A stretch of 64,000 nt of DNA from an uncultured Bacteroidota bacterium (GTDB lineage Bacteria; Bacteroidota; Bacteroidia; Flavobacteriales; Flavobacteriaceae). The stretch covers positions 6,574-70,573 of the forward strand of contig CACJMJ010000001.1 of the NCBI GenBank assembly GCA_902594485.1, written 5' to 3'. The number at the start of each line of letters is the position of its first letter. Position 1 is the stretch's first letter. This document shows positions 24,602 to 35,381 of this stretch, piece after piece. The notes under the pieces are model-generated. The model was given only the letters and a program-made list of their open reading frames with translations. It searched no databases and was not told where the DNA came from. The position numbers were made by a program, and so were the translations under genes.

Positions 24602-25543
24602 ATGTTAAAGATGAATTTTTTTCTTTTTTTAAAAGGTCTTGCCATGGGTGCTGTAAATAAGATACCTGGTGTTTCAGGGGGTACAGTCGCATTTGTTACA
24701 GGTATATATGAAGATTTACTTAACTCAATAAAAAGAATAAATTTTAATGCATTCAAAATTTTATTTACAAAAGGATTTAAAGCATTTTATGAAGAAATAA
24801 ATGGAAAATTTCTAACTATAGTTTTTTCAGGTGTTGTTGCCAGTTTTTTTAGTGTTTCACTTATACTTGATAGTCTTATTGAAAAATATGAATTATATGT
24901 TTTTGGACTATTTTTTGGAATGATTGTTGGATCTTTTTATGTTATTTATTATCAATTAGAAAAGATTACTACTAAAAGTCTAATTGGAATAATTATTGGA
25001 ATTCTATCGGGTCTATTAATTAGTTTTGCAGAAAATTATAATGTTGGAACTTCTGACTTAATAATATTTTTTTCTGGTGTAATAGCAATCTCTGGAATGA
25101 TATTACCTGGATTATCTGGTTCCTATCTATTATTATTAATGGGTAATTACACATTAATTATGGTTGACTCAGTAAATGCTTTATACTTCACTCTAATTGA
25201 ATCAGCTTCACTTGATTTTACGTTTATCAATGATCCTGAAAGGTTATATCTATTGAAAGTTCTTATGTTGTTTACACTAGGCTCTATTTTTGGTTTAATT
25301 TTTTTATCTAATGTTTTAAGCTCGTTACTTAAAAATTTTAAAACAATTACGATTTCCATAATAGTTGGTTTTATAGCAGGATCATTAGCTGGTGTATGGC
25401 CATGGAAAGACGTAGACATGATTGGAAATGTATCATTATTTTTTCCTGATTTTTCAATCGCACAAACTTGGATAACCATTTTTAATATTCTAATTGGTAT
25501 TTTGTTTGTAGTTTTATTAGAGAGATTAGCAAACAAACATTGA
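24602..25543 (+). CDS. DUF368-family integral membrane protein
   Basis: It is polytopic, with two copies of the characteristic motif (IPGVSGGTVAF and LPGLSGSYLLLLMG). Confidence 0.75.
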   Translation: MLKMNFFLFLKGLAMGAVNKIPGVSGGTVAFVTGIYEDLLNSIKRINFNAFKILFTKGFKAFYEEINGKFLTIVFSGVVASFFSVSLILDSLIEKYELYVFGLFFGMIVGSFYVIYYQLEKITTKSLIGIIIGILSGLLISFAENYNVGTSDLIIFFSGVIAISGMILPGLSGSYLLLLMGNYTLIMVDSVNALYFTLIESASLDFTFINDPERLYLLKVLMLFTLGSIFGLIFLSNVLSSLLKNFKTITISIIVGFIAGSLAGVWPWKDVDMIGNVSLFFPDFSIAQTWITIFNILIGILFVVLLERLANKH

Positions 25544-26280
25544 GAAATAGAAAACAATTTGGCTTAATTGGAAGAGATATTGAATATTCATTTTCAAGAA
25601 AATACTTTTTAGAAAAATTCAATTCTAATCTTAATTTTTCAGACTATAGTTATAGAAATTTTGATATAGAATCTATTGACTTAATCAAAGATTTCATAGA
25701 TGATAAAGATCTAGGTGGATTAAATGTAACGATTCCTTACAAAATTGAAATAATTGAATATCTTGACGAAATCTCAGATGAGGCAAAAGAAATTGGAGCG
25801 GTTAACACTATATGTTTTGAAGATGGAAAAAGAATAGGATATAATACAGATATATACGGTTTTAGTGAATCCTTAAAAGTTAACTCTATTAATAGGATAG
25901 ATAGTGCGATGGTATTAGGAACGGGTGGTGCTTCTAAAACAGTTATTTATTTCTGTAAAAAAAATAATATTCCATTTAAAATATTATCCAGAAAAAAATC
26001 TAAAGATTGTATATCATATAAGGAAATTAATCATAGTTTTTTTGAAGGAAACGTATTAATTGTGAATTGTACCCCAATAGGTACACATCCTAAAATCAAT
26101 GAATGTCCTGACCTCCCCTATAATCTATTAAATAAAGAGAATATTTTATTTGATTTAGTTTATAATCCACCTGAAACTCTTTTTATAAAGAAAGGAAAAG
26201 AAATTGGATGTAAGACTCTTAATGGATATAAAATGTTAAAATTTCAGGCAGAAAAGTCTTGGAATCTATGGACAAAATAA
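25540..26280 (+). CDS. aroE: Shikimate dehydrogenase
   Basis: The motifs are FGLIGRDIEYSFS, GLNVTIPYK, NTD and GTGGASK (NADP site). The TTG start is forced: the frame opens after a TAA at 25483 and has no ATG for more than 100 codons. Confidence 0.85.
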   Translation: MRNRKQFGLIGRDIEYSFSRKYFLEKFNSNLNFSDYSYRNFDIESIDLIKDFIDDKDLGGLNVTIPYKIEIIEYLDEISDEAKEIGAVNTICFEDGKRIGYNTDIYGFSESLKVNSINRIDSAMVLGTGGASKTVIYFCKKNNIPFKILSRKKSKDCISYKEINHSFFEGNVLIVNCTPIGTHPKINECPDLPYNLLNKENILFDLVYNPPETLFIKKGKEIGCKTLNGYKMLKFQAEKSWNLWTK

Positions 26281-26343
26281 TTCAAATAGGATTGCAATTT
26301 TTTTTTGTTAATTTTAGTAAATAAATAACATCAAATAAACTTA

Positions 26344-28281
26344 ATGAAAGACTCGAATAAAAAATCGGACAAGTCTTCATCGGATTCTATTAGTCCAGTT
26401 AAAAATACAATTCCTGAAATGCCTAAGGATAAGAGAACTAAGGCATACAAAGAATGGATAAAAAAATATGGTGATCAAGCTTTAGAATCAAATGTAATTC
26501 CTGAAATGCCTAGGGATAAAAGGACAAAGGCATATAAGGACTGGGTGAAGCAGTATGGTGATAATAAAGTACCTTTAAAGGAGGAAAAAGTATCTTCAAA
26601 ATCAAATAAAAAACAAACGAAAAAGACTAAGACTAAAAAAAGCAGTCTTTCCGATAAGGTAGATCTTTTTCAAGAGAATATAAATTCAGAGGATTGGTTT
26701 AATAAGAGGAAAGAAATTGAAGAATTAAGATCAAACATTAATACTTTAATAAAAAAGGACGAATCTGATGAGACTGACAAGATTAAGTCTCTATTTTTTC
26801 AGACATTAAAAATATATTCGAACAAAAAAAGAAAGTATTTTAATGATTTAAATTCAAATCAGAAGGAAAATCTTATTAAAAGACAGGATTTAATAGAAAA
26901 GATAAAAGATCTAATAGTTGTTGACGAGAATCCTAATAAATTATATTCCAAATTTAAATTACTAAAGGAAGAATGGCATAATACAGGTCAGGTTCCAATT
27001 ACAGATAGAAATAATATTTGGGAAACCTACAGACACCATGTTGGAAAATTTTATGATTTTCTTCATCTAAACAGAGATCTTAGAGAGCTTGATTTTAAGC
27101 ATAATTATGAAGAAAAATTGAAAATTATTGAGAGAGCAGAGCAATTAGATAAAGTTGATGATATAATTAAGGCTTCAAGAGATTTAAATGATTTACACAG
27201 ATTATGGAAAAATGAGTTAGGTCCAGTTTCAAGAGAATTTAGTGATGACCTTTGGTCAAGATTTCAAGCTGCATCTCAAAAAATTCATTTAAAAAGACAA
27301 AACTTTCAAAAAGAGATTTCTTCAACTCAACAGGAAAATTTTGAAAAAAAACAAAATGTAATTATTAGAATGAGAGAGTTAACATCTAGTATACCAAAGT
27401 CTCATTCCGAATGGCAAAATAAAATAAAAGATTTTGAAAAACTAAAAGTTGAATTTCAAAGTATTAAAAATCTCCAAAGAAATAAGAATAAAAAGTCATG
27501 GAATGACTTTAGGCTAGCTACAAAAGAATTTAATTCCGAAAAAAATAATTTCTATAAAAATCAAAAAAAGGAGCTTAAGAAAAGTATCGATATCAAAAAA
27601 TCACTCATTGAAGAAGTAAAGGGTATTTTAGAAAGTAACAAGATTTCAGAAAACTCAAAAAGAATTAAGGCAATACAAGAAGAATGGAAGAAAGTTGGCT
27701 ATCTGCCTAGGAAGATTTCAAATTCTCTTTGGGATGATTTCAAACCATTACTAAATAAATTTTATGATATACTAAAATCAGGAGCTGTTAACATGGATAA
27801 AAATGAGCAGGAAATTTTTGATAAAAAATCTAAATTTATTGACAAACTTAAATTTTCAAAAAAGAAGTTCTCAATAGATGAGCTAAAAGAAGAATTTATT
27901 ACATCAATAAAAAGTTTTAATGATCTTGGTGAACTTAACTTAAATTCATCAAACACGCTCAATAATAATATGTTAAGAAAGATTTCTTCAATTATTAATT
28001 CTCTTGAAATAGAAAAAAATGAAAAAGATGATTTATTATTTGATTTAGAACTTGAATTATCTAAATCAAATTCTAATGAGATTAATAAAAAGATTCAAAC
28101 TATAAAAAGAAAGATATCTGATCTTGAGGTTGAGTCAAATCAATTTCAAAATAATTTAGAATTCTTTTCAAGTTCAAGCAGCGAGAATCCTTTATTTAAA
28201 AATGTTTCAACTAAAATTAGTTCTATTGAAAAAAAGATTGAGTTTTGGAGAGATAAGCTTAGGAAAATTGAAAAAGTTTAA
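26344..28281 (+). CDS. DUF349-repeat protein
   Basis: It has repeated helical units carrying the conserved Trp motif (LKEEWHNTGQVP, LHRLWKNELGPVS, IQEEWKKVGYLP). It is K/E-rich and 645 aa. Confidence 0.75.
   Translation: MKDSNKKSDKSSSDSISPVKNTIPEMPKDKRTKAYKEWIKKYGDQALESNVIPEMPRDKRTKAYKDWVKQYGDNKVPLKEEKVSSKSNKKQTKKTKTKKSSLSDKVDLFQENINSEDWFNKRKEIEELRSNINTLIKKDESDETDKIKSLFFQTLKIYSNKKRKYFNDLNSNQKENLIKRQDLIEKIKDLIVVDENPNKLYSKFKLLKEEWHNTGQVPITDRNNIWETYRHHVGKFYDFLHLNRDLRELDFKHNYEEKLKIIERAEQLDKVDDIIKASRDLNDLHRLWKNELGPVSREFSDDLWSRFQAASQKIHLKRQNFQKEISSTQQENFEKKQNVIIRMRELTSSIPKSHSEWQNKIKDFEKLKVEFQSIKNLQRNKNKKSWNDFRLATKEFNSEKNNFYKNQKKELKKSIDIKKSLIEEVKGILESNKISENSKRIKAIQEEWKKVGYLPRKISNSLWDDFKPLLNKFYDILKSGAVNMDKNEQEIFDKKSKFIDKLKFSKKKFSIDELKEEFITSIKSFNDLGELNLNSSNTLNNNMLRKISSIINSLEIEKNEKDDLLFDLELELSKSNSNEINKKIQTIKRKISDLEVESNQFQNNLEFFSSSSSENPLFKNVSTKISSIEKKIEFWRDKLRKIEKV
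26410..26562 (+). repeat. In-frame duplication (87-nt period) encoding two copies of an IPEMP(K/R)DKRTKAYK-W-K-YGD motif
   Basis: Copy 1 is 26410..26475 (IPEMPKDKRTKAYKEWIKKYGD). Copy 2 is 26497..26562 (IPEMPRDKRTKAYKDWVKQYGD). The first 16 nt of the two copies are identical. Confidence 0.85.
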
Positions 28282-28856
28282 TCAATATTATTAAAGAAGC
28301 TCATTTCATATTTAACTTCAATATCTCCTCTTGATATTAAATTTAGTTCTTCTTTTAAACACTTTCTTTTCTTATATGAAAGTTTATCAGTAAATAAAAT
28401 ACCCTGTAAGTGATCATATTCATGTTGAATTACTCTTGCGATTATTCCTGAACATTCCATCTCTTGCATTACTAAGTTTTCATCTAGAAAGTTAATTTTC
28501 AAACTACTTTTTCTTACAACATTTTCTGATATGTTTGGTATACTCAAACAACCTTCTGGGTAAGTATAATCCTCACCTTTTTCTTTAACAATTATTGGGT
28601 TGATGAATACTTGTTTCATATTTATTAATTCTTCTTCAAAAAAATTTTCTTCATCCTTAAAAAAAGAAAAATCAGCAATAAAAACTGCTTTAGATACTCC
28701 TATTTGTGGAGCTGCGATACCTACTCCTTTTGCGTTATACATTGTATCCCATAAGTCTCTAATTAATAATTTCAATTCATTGATTTGACTTAAATTAATT
28801 TTTTCTGCCTTTTGTTTTAAAACTGGATCTCCGTAAGCAATTATTTTACGTATCAT
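28278..28856 (-). CDS. def: Peptide deformylase
   Basis: The three deformylase motifs are present: GVGIAAPQIG, EGCLSIP and HEYDHLQG. Confidence 0.95.
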   Translation of the reverse strand: MIRKIIAYGDPVLKQKAEKINLSQINELKLLIRDLWDTMYNAKGVGIAAPQIGVSKAVFIADFSFFKDEENFFEEELINMKQVFINPIIVKEKGEDYTYPEGCLSIPNISENVVRKSSLKINFLDENLVMQEMECSGIIARVIQHEYDHLQGILFTDKLSYKKRKCLKEELNLISRGDIEVKYEMSFFNNID

Positions 28857-29284
28857 TTGGCTGTTTTGATTAGATAGGATTCTAAAATCAAAGATGCACT
28901 AATTTTATCTATAATTGATTTATCCATCCTAATTTTTTTCTTTGTTTCTAGTTGATTTAGAATCTTATTTGAAATTTTAGATGTAAATCTCTCATCAACT
29001 CTATGAATACTTATATTAGGGAAAGTTCTGTTTATTAATTCTATGAAGTCAACAATTTCATTTTCTAAAGCATGAATTTTGCTATTTAATTTGAGAGGCT
29101 TGCCAATAATGATTTTTTCAATTTTCTCTTTTTTTATTAGATCTTTTAAATAGTTTAAAAGATTTATAGTCTCGACTGTCTCCAATGGAAAAGAAATTAT
29201 TTTATCATAATCAGAAATTGATATTCCTGTTCTCTTTTTTCCGTAATCAATTCCGATATATTTTGTAAGTGGATTATTTAACAA
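28853..29284 (-). CDS. ruvX: Holliday junction resolvase-like / pre-16S rRNA nuclease RuvX (YqgF)
   Basis: The N-terminus is IGIDYGKKRTGISISD and the motif DERFTS is present. Its stop overlaps the def ATG (ATGA). Confidence 0.85.
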   Translation of the reverse strand: MLNNPLTKYIGIDYGKKRTGISISDYDKIISFPLETVETINLLNYLKDLIKKEKIEKIIIGKPLKLNSKIHALENEIVDFIELINRTFPNISIHRVDERFTSKISNKILNQLETKKKIRMDKSIIDKISASLILESYLIKTAK

Positions 29285-29362
29285 GATTCTAACTTTTTGA
29301 AAATATTAATTAAAGATCTTTAGAATTAATTTCAATACTTTTACATGTAAAATTATCAAAAA

Positions 29363-29920
29363 TTGAAGAATGAATTAAAAAATGCTCTGAAAGCACTGGA
29401 ATCAGGTGAAACAATATTATATCCTACGGATACTATTTGGGGTATTGGCTGTGATGCAATGTCAGATACTGCGACGAAAAAAATATTTGAAATAAAGAGA
29501 AGAGATTACTCAAAAGGTTTAATTTGTTTAGCTTCAAGCTTTGAAATGGTTCAAGATTACGCAGACATAAATGAAATAGAGAGATATAAGGATGCATCAA
29601 ATGAAACTCCAACTACATTTATACTTGAAAATCCAAGGAATATCTCAAATTATGTTTTAGGTAAAAATAACTCTATAGCATTTAGAGTACCCAATAACAA
29701 TTTTTGCATTAGGTTAATTAAAGCCTTTGGAAGACCTTTAGTATCTTCATCTGCTAACTTATCAGGAAATTTAATACCCAAAAACTATGATGATATTAGT
29801 CCTGATATAAAGAAAAATGTTGGATACATAGTAAAACTCAAAAAATTTAAAGATTGTAAAGTATCATCTAGAATTTTAAAATTTAATAGCAATGATGGTA
29901 GCTTTAATCAGTTAAGATGA
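29363..29920 (+). CDS. tsaC: L-threonylcarbamoyladenylate synthase (TsaC/YrdC family)
   Basis: YrdC-domain motifs are present: ILYPTDTIWGIGCDA and LVSSSANLSG. The start is an apparent TTG. Confidence 0.8.
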   Translation: MKNELKNALKALESGETILYPTDTIWGIGCDAMSDTATKKIFEIKRRDYSKGLICLASSFEMVQDYADINEIERYKDASNETPTTFILENPRNISNYVLGKNNSIAFRVPNNNFCIRLIKAFGRPLVSSSANLSGNLIPKNYDDISPDIKKNVGYIVKLKKFKDCKVSSRILKFNSNDGSFNQLR

Positions 29921-31347
29921 ACTCAAATAATATTAACATATCAAACTATCTTAAATCTGATATTTTCGAAATTATTTCTGAAGCTGCAGATAAACTGTCT
30001 GTTGAGACATATGTTGTAGGTGGTTATGTTAGAGACATGATATTAAAAAGGGATCTAAAAAAGGATATAGATATAATGTGTGTTGGTTCAGGGATAGAAT
30101 TAGCAAAATATATTCAAGATAAAATCAATCCTAAGAAGAAAATAAATATTTTCAAAAGATATGGTACTGCAATGATATCTTACAAAGACTATAAAATTGA
30201 ATTTGTTGGATCAAGAAAAGAATCTTACTCAAAAGACAGTAGGAACCCTAATACTCAGCCTGGAAGCTTTATTGATGACATGTTAAGAAGAGACTTTACA
30301 ATAAACACGCTTGCAATCAAATTAAATAAAGAAAATTTTGGAGAATTGGTTGATACATTTGGAGGTATGGAAGATATTTCTAAAAAGACAATAATAACTC
30401 CTACAGAACCTGATAAAACCTTTTCAGATGATCCATTAAGAATGCTTAGAGCAGTCCGATTTGCTTCGCAGCTTGATTTTGATATTGATGAAAAAACTAA
30501 AAAATCAATTCAAGAAAACTCTGATAGAATTAACATACTATCACCGGAAAGGATATCTGATGAAATAAATAAAATTCTTTTAACAGATAGTCCTTCAATT
30601 GGATTTAAAAATTTAGAAAATTTAAATCTTCTAAAATCTATAATTCCAGAATTAATTGACCTAAAGGGTATTGAAGAAGTTGAAGGTCAGACTCATAAAG
30701 ATAATTTTTATCATACTCTGGAAGTTGTTGACAATATATCTAAAAACACTGATAAACTATGGCTTAGATGGGCAGCACTTCTTCATGATATTGGAAAGGC
30801 TCCTACTAAGAAGTTTGATAAAAAAATTGGTTGGACATTTCATGGTCATGAGTATGTTGGTTCAAAGATGGTTAAAAAAATCTTTAAGAGATTGAGCTTG
30901 CCATTAAATGAAATTCTTAAGTACGTTCAAAAGATAGTAATGATGAGTTCGAGGCCAATTATAATTTCAGATGATATTGTAACAGACTCAGCTGTAAGAA
31001 GGTTAATTTATGATGCAGGTGATTCAATTGAAGACTTACTGACTCTGTGTGAGGCAGATATTACTACAAAAAATCTTAAGAAGTCAATTAAATATCAGAA
31101 TAATTTTAAGATTGTTAGAAAAAAAATAAAGGATGTAGAAGAGAGAGATAATATAAGGAACTTTCAACCTCCTGTTAGTGGTGAGATAATAATGAATCAT
31201 TACAATATTAAGCCTTGTAAAGAAATTGGTTTAATTAAAGAGAAGATAAAGAATGCCATCTTAGATGGTGATATAAAGAATGATTATGAAGAAGCATTCA
31301 AATTAATGCTTAAGATTGGTAAATCAATGGGATTAAAAGATGAATAG
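29917..31347 (+). CDS. cca: tRNA nucleotidyltransferase (CCA-adding enzyme family) with HD domain
   Basis: The PolyA_pol head motifs are VGGYVRDMIL, DIDI and RRDFTINTLA. The HD motif is AALLHDIGK. Confidence 0.8.
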   Translation: MNSNNINISNYLKSDIFEIISEAADKLSVETYVVGGYVRDMILKRDLKKDIDIMCVGSGIELAKYIQDKINPKKKINIFKRYGTAMISYKDYKIEFVGSRKESYSKDSRNPNTQPGSFIDDMLRRDFTINTLAIKLNKENFGELVDTFGGMEDISKKTIITPTEPDKTFSDDPLRMLRAVRFASQLDFDIDEKTKKSIQENSDRINILSPERISDEINKILLTDSPSIGFKNLENLNLLKSIIPELIDLKGIEEVEGQTHKDNFYHTLEVVDNISKNTDKLWLRWAALLHDIGKAPTKKFDKKIGWTFHGHEYVGSKMVKKIFKRLSLPLNEILKYVQKIVMMSSRPIIISDDIVTDSAVRRLIYDAGDSIEDLLTLCEADITTKNLKKSIKYQNNFKIVRKKIKDVEERDNIRNFQPPVSGEIIMNHYNIKPCKEIGLIKEKIKNAILDGDIKNDYEEAFKLMLKIGKSMGLKDE

Positions 31348-32368
31348 TTTATACAGAAAAACAATAATTTCAATTGTGATAGTATATCTCGTTATTCTTG
31401 CTGGTGGAATAGTTAGAATGACAGGAAGTGGAATGGGTTGTCCTGACTGGCCTAAATGTTTTGGATTTTTAATACCTCCTACAGAAAGATCTCAATTAGA
31501 ATGGAAGTCAAACTCTGAATATAATAAGAATCAAATAGTAATTATTGATGAGAAATTATTTTATGCTAATGATAAATTTAAATCAAAAAGTAAATTTGAA
31601 ATGTCTAATTGGAGTGAGTACACTAAACATGATTATTCAAAATTTAATGTTTATCATACTTGGATTGAATACATAAATAGGCTCATTGGAGCTATCGCTG
31701 GACTATCAGTTTTAATCCTCTTTGTTAATTCATTAAAATTTTTAAAAACTAAAAAAATAATTACGGGCTTGTCATTCTTAGCATTGATTGCAATAATTTT
31801 TCAAGCTTGGTTAGGTAAAATGGTAGTAGACAGTAATCTTATGGCAAATACTATAACTGTCCATATGTTAATGGCAATTATTCTATTATTTATTTTATTT
31901 TCAATTTTAGCAATTTCTAATCCTAGCAAAAAAAGAGTTAAAATTTCAAGAAATATCTCAATATTAGTTTTGATATCAATAGTTCTTCTTCTAATTCAAA
32001 TAATCACTGGTACTGAAGTTAGAAAATTCATTGATATAAAAATGGAGTTACTCAATTATACTGAAAAGGAAAGATGGATTGAGAATATTTCTAGTTCATT
32101 TAGTTTTCACAGAAGCTTTTCGTGGGCAATCATAGTTGTAAATAGTTTAATTTACTTTCATGCAAGAAAAAGTGGATTAAAATTAAAAATTATTCATATT
32201 GTTAATACTTTGATTTTTTTCCAAATATCTTCTGGTATAATCATGTACTATTTTCATTTTCCATTCAGCTCCCAACCTATACACCTTCTTATCTCTACCA
32301 TGATTATAAGTATTCAGTTTTATTTTTTATTACTATACAAAACTTCAAAAAATGCAATTAAAATTTAG
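31340..32368 (+). CDS. ctaA: COX15/CtaA-family heme A synthase
   Basis: It is a polytopic membrane protein with the characteristic N-terminal motif GSGMGCPDWPKCFG and conserved His residues in later helices. Confidence 0.75.
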   Translation: MNSLYRKTIISIVIVYLVILAGGIVRMTGSGMGCPDWPKCFGFLIPPTERSQLEWKSNSEYNKNQIVIIDEKLFYANDKFKSKSKFEMSNWSEYTKHDYSKFNVYHTWIEYINRLIGAIAGLSVLILFVNSLKFLKTKKIITGLSFLALIAIIFQAWLGKMVVDSNLMANTITVHMLMAIILLFILFSILAISNPSKKRVKISRNISILVLISIVLLLIQIITGTEVRKFIDIKMELLNYTEKERWIENISSSFSFHRSFSWAIIVVNSLIYFHARKSGLKLKIIHIVNTLIFFQISSGIIMYYFHFPFSSQPIHLLISTMIISIQFYFLLLYKTSKNAIKI

Positions 32369-32813
32369 AATAATATTAAACGTTAAGAATGATGTGTTAA
32401 GAGATATAATAGTGGACTCTAGTATTTCACTAATAGAATTTAGTAAAATAATTTCCAGTGAATTTGGATTTGATTCATCTGAGATATCTACATTTCATCA
32501 TACAGATGAAAATTGGGAACAACTTGAAGAAATTAAAATTTTTAAAATAGATGATCAAGACAAGGTCATGGATAATGCTTCTATTTCAAATTTCTTTATT
32601 GCTAAAAATGATAAACTTATTTTTATTTATGACTTTTTGAATTATTGGACATTCTTCGTTGAGCTATACGAAGTTGGGGAATTCAATATTAATGATAAAA
32701 AATATTTAACAATAAACTCAATAGGAGAGGTCCCAAAAGAAGCTCCATCTGATATATTCAGTAAAAGTGATGAGACTAATCAAATTGACTTTGATGATAA
32801 CCTAATTGATTAA
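32352..32813 (+). CDS. Small acidic cytoplasmic protein, possibly pRiA4b ORF-3-like domain
   Basis: It is 153 aa. The pattern FRIILNV...LRDIIV...[23 protein letters not shown]...[17 protein letters not shown] resembles the PRiA4_ORF3 fold motif. This assignment is from memory only. It overlaps ctaA by 17 nt and abuts uvrB. Confidence 0.4.
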   Translation: MQLKFRIILNVKNDVLRDIIVDSSISLIEFSKIISSEFGFDSSEISTFHHTDENWEQLEEIKIFKIDDQDKVMDNASISNFFIAKNDKLIFIYDFLNYWTFFVELYEVGEFNINDKKYLTINSIGEVPKEAPSDIFSKSDETNQIDFDDNLID

Positions 32814-34795
32814 TGAGTTTCTCTCTTACATCAGAATTTAATCCAACTGGAGATCAGCCAAGTGCTATAAAGAGTATAGTTGATTCATTTTCCAATAATC
32901 AGAATTATGTTACTCTTCAGGGTGTTACTGGATCTGGAAAAACCTTTACTGTTGCAAATGTTATACAAGAGATAAAAAGACCAACTTTAGTATTAGCTCA
33001 TAATAAAACATTAGCTGCTCAGCTTTACTCAGAATTTCAGAGCTTCTTCCCTAATAATTCTGTAGAATATTTTGTTTCTTATTATGATTACTATCAACCT
33101 GAAGCATATATTCCATCATCAGGTCTTTATATTGAAAAAGATTTATCAATTAATGAACAGATTGAAAAATATAGACTAAGTGCAACTTCTTCTCTACTCT
33201 CTGGAAGAGATGATATTATTGTAGTTGCGTCGGTATCCTGCATATATGGGATTGGTAACCCATCCGAATTTAAAAAGCATGTAATTGAAATAAAGGTTAA
33301 TCAAGAAATTCAAATTTCTAAACTATTGTCATTATTTGTAAAAAGTCAATACTCTAGATCTATAAATGAATTAAATAGAGGAAGTTTTTCAGTCAAGGGA
33401 GATGTTGTAGACATTTTTCCAAGCTATTCAGATATTTTTTATAGAATTAATTTTTTTGGAGATATGATTGAAAGCATTGAATCAATAGATCCTATTTCAG
33501 GAAATAAGATTGAGGATTTTAATAGCTTAAGAGTTTTTCCGGCAATGATTTTTGTTACTTCTGAATCCAGTATTAAATCTGCAATAAATAATATTGAATT
33601 TGATTTAGAAGAACAAATAAAATATTTTGATGAAATTGAAAAAAATCTTGAAGCAAAACGAATAAAAGAGAGAACAGAATTTGATCTTGAAATGATAAAA
33701 GAACTTGGATATTGTTCTGGAATTGAAAACTATTCAAGATACTTGGACGGAAGAAGTCCTGGTACAAGACCTTTCTGCCTATTGGACTATTTCCCAGATG
33801 ATTACCTTATGGTTATTGATGAGAGTCATGTAACAATACCTCAAGTTCATGCTATGTATGGGGGAGATAGAAGTAGAAAAGAGAATTTAGTTGAATATGG
33901 GTTTCGATTACCAGCTGCACTTGATAATAGACCTTTAAAATTTGAAGAATTTGAAAACCTTCAAAATAATGTATTGTATGTTAGTGCGACACCCGCAGAT
34001 TATGAGCTTAAAAAATCTGAAGGTCTATTTGTAGAACAAATTATTAGACCTACTGGCGTACTTGATCCGATCATAGAAGTACGTGGGTCAGAAAATCAAA
34101 TTGATGACTTAATTGAGGAGATCTTAAAAAGGGTTGAACAAGATGAAAGAGTTTTAGTAACTACTTTGACTAAGAGAATGGCTGAAGAGCTTACAAAGTA
34201 CCTTCATAAATCCAAGATTAGGGCTAATTATGTTCATAGTGATATTGATACTCTTGAAAGAGTTGAGATAATGCAAAATTTAAGAAAAGGGATATTTGAT
34301 GTTCTTGTTGGTGTTAATCTATTAAGAGAAGGCCTTGACCTACCTGAAGTATCATTAGTTGCAATCTTAGATGCTGATAAAGAAGGATTCCTGAGAAGTC
34401 ATAGATCTTTAATCCAGACAGTTGGAAGAGCAGCTAGAAACATCAATGGAAAATCTATAATGTATGCTGATATCATTACTGAAAGTATGAAAAAAACAAT
34501 TAAGGAGACTGAGTATAGAAGAAAAAAACAGGAGGATTTCAATACAGAGAATAATATTGTTCCAAAACAGATGGAAAAATCATTCACAAACTCTTTTGAA
34601 GAATCAAAAGAGAGTGTCAGTAACAATTACGAAGACTTTGAAGAGGAGATTAAAAGCTATCATAACAGGAATCAAATTGAAACTAAAATTAAACAGTTAA
34701 GGAAAGAGATGGAAAGTGTTGCTAAGAAACTTGACTTTTTAAAAGCTGCTGATCTTAGAGATAAAATTGAATATCTTAAGAAAAAGATCAAATAA
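32813..34795 (+). CDS. uvrB: Excinuclease ABC subunit B
   Basis: Walker A is GVTGSGKTF. The helicase motifs are IDESH, VSATP and [12 protein letters not shown]-terminal UVR domain is present ([13 protein letters not shown]). Confidence 0.97.
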   Translation: MSFSLTSEFNPTGDQPSAIKSIVDSFSNNQNYVTLQGVTGSGKTFTVANVIQEIKRPTLVLAHNKTLAAQLYSEFQSFFPNNSVEYFVSYYDYYQPEAYIPSSGLYIEKDLSINEQIEKYRLSATSSLLSGRDDIIVVASVSCIYGIGNPSEFKKHVIEIKVNQEIQISKLLSLFVKSQYSRSINELNRGSFSVKGDVVDIFPSYSDIFYRINFFGDMIESIESIDPISGNKIEDFNSLRVFPAMIFVTSESSIKSAINNIEFDLEEQIKYFDEIEKNLEAKRIKERTEFDLEMIKELGYCSGIENYSRYLDGRSPGTRPFCLLDYFPDDYLMVIDESHVTIPQVHAMYGGDRSRKENLVEYGFRLPAALDNRPLKFEEFENLQNNVLYVSATPADYELKKSEGLFVEQIIRPTGVLDPIIEVRGSENQIDDLIEEILKRVEQDERVLVTTLTKRMAEELTKYLHKSKIRANYVHSDIDTLERVEIMQNLRKGIFDVLVGVNLLREGLDLPEVSLVAILDADKEGFLRSHRSLIQTVGRAARNINGKSIMYADIITESMKKTIKETEYRRKKQEDFNTENNIVPKQMEKSFTNSFEESKESVSNNYEDFEEEIKSYHNRNQIETKIKQLRKEMESVAKKLDFLKAADLRDKIEYLKKKIK

Positions 34796-34799
34796 AAAA

Positions 34800-34817
34800 G
34801 GTGCACAATTGTGCACC
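34800..34817. terminator. Bidirectional intrinsic terminator hairpin between convergent uvrB and hsp20
   Basis: The perfect palindrome GGTGCAC-AATT-GTGCACC sits in an otherwise AT-rich spacer. An A-run lies 5' and a T/A-rich run lies 3'. Confidence 0.7.
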
Positions 34818-34842
34818 TTAATTATAGATTATTAACCATAAT

Positions 34843-35265
34843 TTAGCTTATATCAATTACCCTATTTGGTTTTGTTATGCTATCTTTTCTCTTTGGTAAC
34901 TTAATCTTTAAAATTCCATTTTTATAATTTGCTTTGATCTTATCAAGTTCTACTGATTCTGGAACTCTAAATGATCTCTGAAAAGAAGAATAATTAAATT
35001 CATTTAATCTTGTTCTTTCATTTTGATCATAATTTGAGTTATCCGATGAAATCACTAAAATTTTATCATTTAATTCGATTGTAAAATCATCTTTCTTCAT
35101 TCCTGGCACTGCAAGATCGATTTCAAAAGAATCATTATTTTCAACTGAATTAACTGATGGAACAGAATGTCTTCTATTAAAAAAATTCATTCTCAAATCA
35201 TCATTAAAAAATTCATTCATTAATGATGGAAATACGTTGTTGTTATTATATTTTACTATTCTCAT
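34843..35265 (-). CDS. Hsp20/alpha-crystallin small heat-shock protein
   Basis: The alpha-crystallin domain is present (FEIDLAVPGMKKDDFTIEL, FQRSFRVPE, YKNGILKIKLPK). Confidence 0.9.
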   Translation of the reverse strand: MRIVKYNNNNVFPSLMNEFFNDDLRMNFFNRRHSVPSVNSVENNDSFEIDLAVPGMKKDDFTIELNDKILVISSDNSNYDQNERTRLNEFNYSSFQRSFRVPESVELDKIKANYKNGILKIKLPKRKDSITKPNRVIDIS

Positions 35266-35381
35266 AATTATTTTTTTTGTTAAACATTGAATATTAAATT
35301 CAATAAATAATAGTCAAATAGAATACCAAATAAAAATATATGACAAAATGACGTTAAAAAATAAAAAAAGATGACTATATG

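Noticed and set aside
25147-25557. A 136-aa ORF antisense to the DUF368 membrane-protein gene.
   Set aside because: It lies entirely within, and antisense to, a gene with clear family motifs. Its translation is low-complexity and has no recognisable motif. Long antisense frames are a known by-product of strong codon bias.
35286-35304. The inverted repeat ATTGAAT-N5-ATTCAAT, 21-39 nt upstream of the hsp20 start. I considered it as a possible heat-shock operator.
   Set aside because: It is not CIRCE or any other operator I recognise. By my rough estimate, a 7-bp AT-rich inverted repeat with a flexible spacer is expected by chance in a fair fraction of intergenic regions of this size and composition. 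It is worth a look only if it is conserved upstream of other chaperone genes.
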